From positions 27,404,001 to 27,468,000 of the forward strand of contig CDPCPM010000033.1 in NCBI GenBank assembly GCA_976551045.1: a stretch of 64,000 nucleotides of DNA. The letters run 5' to 3'. Below the pieces are notes generated by a model. The model ran no database searches and was not told the DNA's origin. It worked only from the letters and a program-made list of their open reading frames with translations. The stretch comes from Glaucostegus cemiculus (lineage: Eukaryota). The translations under genes and the position numbers were made by a program. Below are positions 54,301 through 63,300 of this stretch, one piece after another. The number at the start of each line of letters is the position of its first letter. Position 1 is the stretch's first letter.

Positions 54301-57300
54301 ACCCGATTTCATTCTCAATCCATACTTCCCATAATCAGAAAATAGGTTACACCAAATAACAGGGACACAGAGCAAACAATTAGCACAACATATATAAAGC
54401 TGCTTTTTCAACCACCATTAAATCTTATGGTAAATAATATTATAATGGCATTTAAAAAGATTATATAGAGCCTTTTAAAGAAAATTTTATTCAGCATTAA
54501 TTACAGTGATAAATCAAAAAGTTAAATTATTAGTAAACAACAGAAAAATAACTATAAATAACTTTTAAAATGAGATGGTTTAGCATACTGCAATAATATT
54601 TGATAATGCATAATGTTTAAAGAATGCAATGTAGTATTATTGTTTGCCATTGTGAACCTATATAACTAAATATCACCACATTTCTGAAAAATGCCAGAAT
54701 ATTCCATAGGAATAGGAGAAGGCCATTTAGTTCCTTAAGTCTGTTCTGCCCAATCAATAATTTTGTGCTGTCTGATTTCAGATCTAACTTCATATTTTTG
54801 TTGTCCATAAACTCTGATGACAAAATCATAATTGGCTTTGCATCAATTACTATTTGCAGACTTTCATCATGCTCTATGTGTAGAAATGTTCCTGTGTTGA
54901 ATATTTTTGTCCTTCATGTTTCTTTTCATACAATCTTTTGTAGCTCTTACTATCATTTTCATCTTTTATTGTTGTTGTATTTTTCCCTGTCATTGGCATC
55001 TCTGCCCAATTTTGTAATTTTTATGCTTTTTCTTTTATATTTATATTATTCTATGTCCTTCAGAAATCAATTCCTGGCATTTCATTGGCCCTTGTCACTT
55101 TGTGATATTAACTGGATCAGTATCACATTAAATTATTATATGAATATTAATTACTCAGCTTCTGTTATTTTAGCCATTATCGCCTAAAACTACGTATTCA
55201 GCAATATGGTCCTGTTCTGCAACTTACATCTAATCATTTTGCTGGCTATGATATCCTTTCAAATTTGATGGAAACTTATACAACTCATCACTTCATTACA
55301 CTAATCGAACACTGATTGGATTTTATTTCAGGCTTGAGCAGAAAACATTTCCGCCTGTTGTTAGCAGCCTGTAAAATAAAATGTCTCTCAAAGGCAAATA
55401 GAATTCTTTCTTTTGGAGGATCAGACTTCCTCCACTCCACCCAAGTGCCTCTAAATTAAAAACAGACCTGCCATTTTGTTATTGTTTCACTTTTATGAAC
55501 GTTAATATAATGGGGTTGTCAGGCAATTGCAGGGATGCATTTTTCAACTTTTAGTTTTTAGAATACATTTAAAATTTACATTGTTGAGGAGAATAGCTCT
55601 GCCTATGTTTAAGCACAAAACTGTCTCTTGGTGAGATTCATAGCCAATCAGTATAAACTAGATTGAAAAGCAAATATCTCTATATGCTGGAAATCAGAAA
55701 TAAAAACAAAAACACAAGTAATACTCAGCAAGTCAGGAGCATTTATTGAGAGAGAAACAAAGTTAATGTTTCAGGTGAATGATCTTTCATCAGAACAAGG
55801 AAAAACCATAAATTGAACCAGCTTTAAATTGCAGAAAATAAGGTCACTTTAATTTTTCATTCCACTCTGACCTCTCTAACTGCCTACGCTGTTCCAATGA
55901 AGCCTAATGTATGTTCAATGAACAGCATCTGATCCTCCCAAATAGATATATTAAAGCTATCAAGACTCAACAATAAATTCAACCATTTCAAATATATGGC
56001 TTGTAAATATATGGTTGAAAGATCGTTAACCTGTATTGCTAACTCAAGCTTCCTCTCTCCACGGATGCTGTCAGATCAGCTGGATATTTCCAGTATTTTC
56101 ATTTATTTCACAGCAGTGTTCTGTATTTCACAGTTCCAGCAGTGCTCTTTTTCCCCCTAGTCTCCTCTATCCTTTTTCATCTCCTTCTATTTACACCAGG
56201 GAGATCATTTGCAATTAACAAACTTTCTTCACATTGTTTCAGCCAGCAGCACTACATATTCTCTCCTGGTCTCCACCCTTTCATAAACATGCCCTTTGTT
56301 CTCTCCACCTTCTCTCTTTCTCTGAAACTTAAACCATGTTCAATTTCCATCTTTTCCTAATTCAGATGACGAGACAACATAAACCATTACCTCAGTTTCT
56401 TTCTCTACAGTTGCTGTCTGACCTTCTGAGTATTTCCACCATTTTCTGTATTGATCTGAGATTTGCAGATATAAGATCTTTCAATCTTAGATAAATATTT
56501 TATGCCTAGTATGTTGTCATCATAATATATGCTTTTTTCAATGTGAAAAGAGATTTTGATACTCAGATGTTGAGTTACTCTTAGTCCTGATGAAAGGTCA
56601 TTGACCTGAAGAAAATATCTCTTGCTTTTCACAGATGCTGTCTGACCTGGTGTGTGTTTTCAGCAATTTCTGTTTTCCACCTGACATTTGCATATCTGCA
56701 ATATCTTATTTATGTATATTTCATGATAATCATTTTCTTAATGATTATAGATTAATTAGTTAATAGATTAATATGATTAGCTTGATTATAGATCAATTCC
56801 ATTCTTGATAAGTATTTGTTTCTCAGGCCTTTATTTTCAAATACATTTCTTGTGTCCTCTGAGATGAAATTAAGGTAATCAAAAAATATATTCTCAAAGC
56901 AGCTATTATATAGTTTGTGACAAGGGATAAAGGCTTTAAGTATTTTAAGACAACATAAATAATAACAATTGTACATTACTGACATGTAAACAAAAGAATT
57001 CAAACCAGCCAAGCACTGGTGGAGTTCAGAGGGGAAAAAAAAGTGTTTACATTAGCACATTTATGTGCTGTTTCTGTACCTTTTCTATCCTTTTCTGGAA
57101 TGGGTCGGACTGTTTTTGAAACAGTGATAGGTGCAGGTTCAGCCTTCTTGACAACTTCAGGTATTTCAAATATTATTTTTCAGACAAATTATTACATTGA
57201 GTGTTCAGTAAGACAAACATAAGTAGTCAAACAAAGCACAGACAACGGAATAAACAAACAGACAGAAAAAGAAATTGTTTAGCATGACCTGAAAAGTTAA

Positions 57301-60300
57301 CTTCTAGATTTGAGGAAACATTATATTTATCTATATTCAGAGATGTTTTTAAAATTTGAAAAAAGATTGCTTTATAATTTAATAAAATTCAGAAAATCCA
57401 ACAAGCAAATCTGAAGGGTTGAATAATTAGATATTTTCCCTTCATTTCTGGAACCTTATTTCAAATGGAAAACGGACTCAATGAATGGAAAATTGATATT
57501 CCTCTCAGATCGAACATCAAACAAGGTTGGAACAGTTTTAATCCACTTCTTCGTAATCATTGTACCTGAGTGCAAGGCTCCCATTTATTACCTCTAAGTT
57601 GTTAATCTCATCCAGAATTTAAAATATATTTATAGTGATATTAATTTTGAAACTTTAAGGTTATTGGTAAGTAAACATTTAGCAATGCTGGAAGCTGATT
57701 ATAAATGCAACAAATAGTGTATAATTGGTGCTGAATAACCCAACACTAGTCTTGTGTGGTTGCCGTGGCTCAGTTTTGCCCCACTTTGTCAGTATGTTGT
57801 TTTACCTTCTTCAGGTGCAGGTTTCTCAACTTTTCTTGGAACAGACACCGGCTTAGCTTCTTCAGCAACTGGCTTCTTAGGAATCTCAGGAACTTCAAAA
57901 AACATATTTTATATTTAAATTTATCTTACCAAAAAGATATGCAATATTTAACAAAATAAAAATTCACACTGGATACTGCATAACACACCACTGAGATTGA
58001 TTTTTATATCCACTCAAATAAGAAACTGAATTTAATTGTAAAAATGAGCACATCACATGTTTTTCACTAGAATTATATTCCTCATTCCTCCCAAATTAAC
58101 CTGTTGCAAAGTTGTCTGGTGGGTCACAGCAATAATCTGATCATGCTATTAACACTATAGTCATTATGTCCAATTTTAATATATTCAAAAGTCATGCAGT
58201 AATTTTTTAATCTATCACTACATCCCTTAATAAGGTTTTATTTCATCAGATGATTGATAAAGAGATAAATAAAACATTTATTTTGTGAATTAACATCTCT
58301 TTACAAATGAAAATGCAGCCATTCTGTTTTACAGGACTGTTGCAGGTTCATCTAGTAAATGATGAAACTGGAATTTACATTTTTTGCACAGAATTTTAAT
58401 AATGGGAATACTATTAAATAATAGTACAGTTATTTATTTCATTTATTTGTTATCAACTTCACATCATAGAAATGAATCACAACCAGACATTCTGCACAGT
58501 TTTGCAAATTACCTTTGACTCACCACAATGTGATCATTTGATCATTATGACAATTATTCTATAAAATCATTTTGTTATGAAGTGATAAATGTGTACTTTT
58601 GTATGTTGTTATTTTGAGCTTAAATTGATTCACTACACTTTATGAAGGAAGACAATGTTTTACCGGGCTAAAATAACTTACAAAGTTATGAGTTGAGGTC
58701 ATAATTTTTTTTTTATTAACAAAAATTGGGGTTATTTGTCAAAATCAGTTGTTTAGTGCTCAAAACCTGGCATGGTACCTAAAGTTAAAGTTATTTTTGG
58801 AAAAAAAAGAATAAATGGCCTCTTTCATTTGATGTAATAAACTCCTCACATATAAGCACTGAACAAGAATCAGCTTCAGAAAACATTTGGTTGAATTATC
58901 AATCCTCAAAATAGTACTATTTGTGTTTTATACTGATATTGAATTACATGTCCTGTCAACTATTGCAAAGAAAGTATTGAAGACTTGGTCATTGGCAACT
59001 AATTCTAAGTAAATTTCATTTGTTCTCCATTGTTAGCAAAACTTATAATCAGCCAACAGAAAAATCCAAACATTTATTTCCCTACGGAATCTCCAGCCCG
59101 TCTAAAGACATGTTAGATCCTCAACCGTGCAACGATTTCACAGCAAAAATAATCCATGAGTATATCAAACATAAAAAGGAATTGATTAAAATTCAAAATT
59201 AAACTATCGCAAGGTAATTATTTCACACAAATATTTCAAGCATTTAAAACTACAGAAAGATACAGACCTTTTTCTGGAGTGACCTCTTTCTTTGGTTTCA
59301 ATGGTTCAGGAGCTGGCTTCTTAGGAACTTCTGGTACTTCAAGAAATATAATTTTAAGATTAAATATAATTATTATAACCAATAGTAGCAATATAACAAA
59401 TTAAAATGGCACAAACATATGTGACGGAGAAATTCAGCACCTAACATTTACTCTTCTGCAGTAAACATAGTGGATGAAAACTTGGCTAACCACAGGTAAG
59501 CAAAACATGGTACATGAGTACTTTGCAAATAACAGGTTACACACTTCTAAAAACAGAAGAAGATGGGAATACTTAGTGGGTCAGGCAGCATCTGTGAATA
59601 GAGAAAGAGTGGACCTTTCAGGTTAATGAACTTTCATCAAAACTAATGAAATGAAATTTCACCAATTCTGATGCAAGTTCATCAACCTGAAATATCAACA
59701 CTTTTTCTCTCTACAAATGCTGCCAGACCTACTGAAGTTTTGCAGTATTTTCTGGTTTAATTTCAGATTTCAAGTATCAGCAGTTTTTTTTTCTTTTCAA
59801 TTACTGCTATTATTTTGTTTAATGGCTGCAACTTTTGGTTTGGTAAGGGCCCTAACAGCAGTATGGCAAGAACACTTTAGAGGCAACTTGTGAATGGAGA
59901 AGTGCATTAGGGTTGCAAGAAGTAGTAAAAGATCATTTTCAAAAGAATATCAAGGTTGTGATAAGTTGAGCAATCATGGAATGTGTGCACTAAGGTTTTC
60001 AGGCAATATAAAACACGGAAAGGACGAGATTTTGAGGTATGTCATGGGTAAAGAACCCTCATCAACCATAGATATCCTTTTCCTTGTTTTGGTCAAGTAT
60101 AAGGTTGGCACAAAAAGAAGGCAAAAAGGACTGCTGCAAAAAGAAGGAATTTTGACTACTGCCAGAATAACAGGCATTCACCTATCCATACTAGCTCAAC
60201 AATGAGAAAATGAAATGATTTCAGTTCAAGTAAAATGTGAAGGTTCGCAGGAAATGCGTATTAAGCCATGTTTAAGCAGTCAACAGCCCCTTCAACATAC

Positions 60301-63300
60301 TGAGCCTTTAATATGTGCTTATCTTTCCATCCATCTTGCCGGCATGTATGAAGCATGAGAGCAAGCTGCATTTATCTGCACAGAGGAGCCCAGGGAATTG
60401 TGAGATGTTTCTTGAATCTCCCACGGTAGACTGGAAAAAGCCATGTTCATAACAGTGTAGCGTCAAGGTCACTTTGACAACAAAAGTAAGGCTGCCCTTG
60501 CTTTATTTTGTGGGTGGATTTTGACTCAAAACCTGGCTTGGTACCTGGAGTTAAAGTTTCATTTTTAGTAGAGGAAATTAGAAGAAATAGCCTTTTTTCA
60601 TGTCAAGTTATAAAGTCTTAATACAAGCACTCGGTTGCTTAAAGAACAAAAAAAATCATCTTTTCAAACTTCTTTTTAAATTCTGAATCCTCCAAACAAT
60701 ATTATTTCTGCTTTATGCTAACATCAAACCAGGTTTTATGTCTACTATTGGAGTAAAACTCATAAGGTCATAAATATAGGTACCTTGTCATTGCAAACAA
60801 TGTTTAAACTAAGTGATTTTCATATGTTTTCAACTGCCAGCATATCTCAAAATCCTGACAGTTATTTCCCCACCAAATCTCTGGCCCATATAAAGATTTG
60901 TTAGACCTTTGATTATGTAATAGAGTTTATAACAACAATAATAACACAAAAATATATCACAATAGATAAAGGCATGGAATAGAACTAAGAATTAAAAAGT
61001 AGGCAAGTACTTATTTCACACTTCTTTTCATTTAAATCAACAAAAAGATATTCTACCTTTTTCTGGAGTGACCTCTTTCTTTGGTTTCAATGGTTCAGGA
61101 GCTGGCTTCTTAGGAACTTCAGGCACTTCAAGAAATATTATAATTTAATGATTAAAGACAACTGTCATAATCAAAAGTACCAAGATAACAAGTTAAAATA
61201 GCACAAATATATCTGACAGAGAAATGCGATACTTAATAATTTCTCCTCTCCTGTAAATGTGCTGGAGGAGAAATTGATTTACCAGTGGGAACAGGTTTGC
61301 AGAAACTGTTACATTATTAATCTGTGTTCATTTGTTACTTTGCAGGCAACAGATTAAATTGATCTTAACCCTGAAAAAATGAGAAATACCTAGCAGGTCA
61401 GGCAGCATCTGTGAAGAGAGAAAGAGTTAAGCTTCCAGGTCGATGATCTTTCATCAAGGCCAATGAACTGAATTTTCACCAGTTCTAATGCTAGTTCATC
61501 AAGCTGAAATATTAACATTGTTTCTCTTCCTGCCAATGTGGCCACACCTGCAGACAACTTGCATCACTTTCTGATTTAATTTTAGTTTTCAAGCATCTGC
61601 AATTTCTTTCCTTCGATGAATTTTCACTGTTATGTTGTCCATTGGCTGCAGGTTTTTGTGGCAAGAGCGTCGTAGCTAATGTAAGTGGAAGGGAAAGGAG
61701 TGAAGTACCTACAGAGACAGCAGGCCTTCAAAGCATGAGGAGATAATTGAAACAAGTAACAGTGGTAAAAGTGTTGCTACAAGAATATGAAAGCAACATG
61801 TGAAAAAAGAATAATGATCTGGAAAGAGCTTTTTAGGTGAGTTCAACTTCACTGAGGATATTTAGTCATATACTCCACAAGTCATAGTCACTGCTCATTT
61901 CATTTATATACTTAATGACAATGTACATTCACTTCAGTTTAACTCTTTGATTCATTTGCTTCACACTCTCACACAGCACCACTGCAAACTTCAAACACAC
62001 AACTCACTACTTTGAATATGTTGGTACCTATTCAATTATGACAGCTGCAATGCTGAAACATATGCCAATATTCTCACTACAGACATTTAGTATTTGCTGA
62101 GTTCCTCGAGCACTTTTTGCGTACTGACTTTGTTCTTCAAAACATCAGTAGGATGGCTGAAAGGCCACCTCAGGAATATAGGAGTGGTGCCATGCTGCAC
62201 ACACCGGCTGCCTTGTCTCAGAAGAACAGCATTCAACCTTCCACCTCTACCACTCTGCTAGATCCCTTGCATTTACTTATCTACCTGACTGTCCAGAATG
62301 TTGCTGCCCACCAGGAGATGATGCAGTCTGGCTCTGAGCATTCCAGGCCCAGAGCTGCTTGCATCTGTTCTCTCAGAAAATCTGTAATCTCCTCAATTGG
62401 AAGTTGGCTGTCTCTCAATACAGCCAGAGGAGACAAAGGTACATGATCAATAAGGACCTAGACAATGAACAAAGATGTTTTTATTATTTTTATAAAAACA
62501 TATCTTAGAATATGTACATCCAGCTGGGTTTCATTTTTTGTTGGCAGACTGGAGACTATCTATTGGACAGAAATAGAGGAAAGCCAAGGAACATGGACTC
62601 TGACAAATGGGGAGCTGCAACTGACATTACTTATATCACTGTTCCATTATATCTTCATTTTCCTTTTGTGTTACTTCACTTCTTGTTCCACTCCTATCTA
62701 TTCCGTTTCTTCATATTTCTGCTCATTTGATTCCCATCCAGTAGGTAGCAGACAAGGACAGTTCCATCATGATGACTATGTCATTGGAGGATGAAACATA
62801 CCACAATGGATCTTGATACCTACTCAAATGAGTACTGCAAATCTATCTAGAGCAGTTTAGGCAGCCGAAGTTTTGTTTGGTGTTCTGTTTCATGTCCTTT
62901 TTGGGAGCAAGATTCTAATTCAACTCCTTTTTTTACACTGATGCAATGGATGTGAATAGGGGTCTCAAGCTATGTCATGAATAAACAACCCTCATCATCC
63001 ACAGACACCCCTATCCTTATTTTGGTCAAGCATGGGGGTGGTAAAACAAGGGGCAGAAAGGACTGCTGCAAAATGAAGGAATTTTGACAACTACCAGGAA
63101 CACAGGCATTCACCCAATCATGAGGACACACCTGCCTGACAATGAAGGAGTGAATTGATTTCAGTTCATGTAACTGCCCAAGGTTCACATGAAATGTACA
63201 TAAAGTTATGTACAAGCAAGTCAACAGCCCCTTCAACATACTGAGCCTTAAGTCTGTGCACATCCTTTCTGTCCATCCTGCTTGCCAATGTGGAGCAAGA

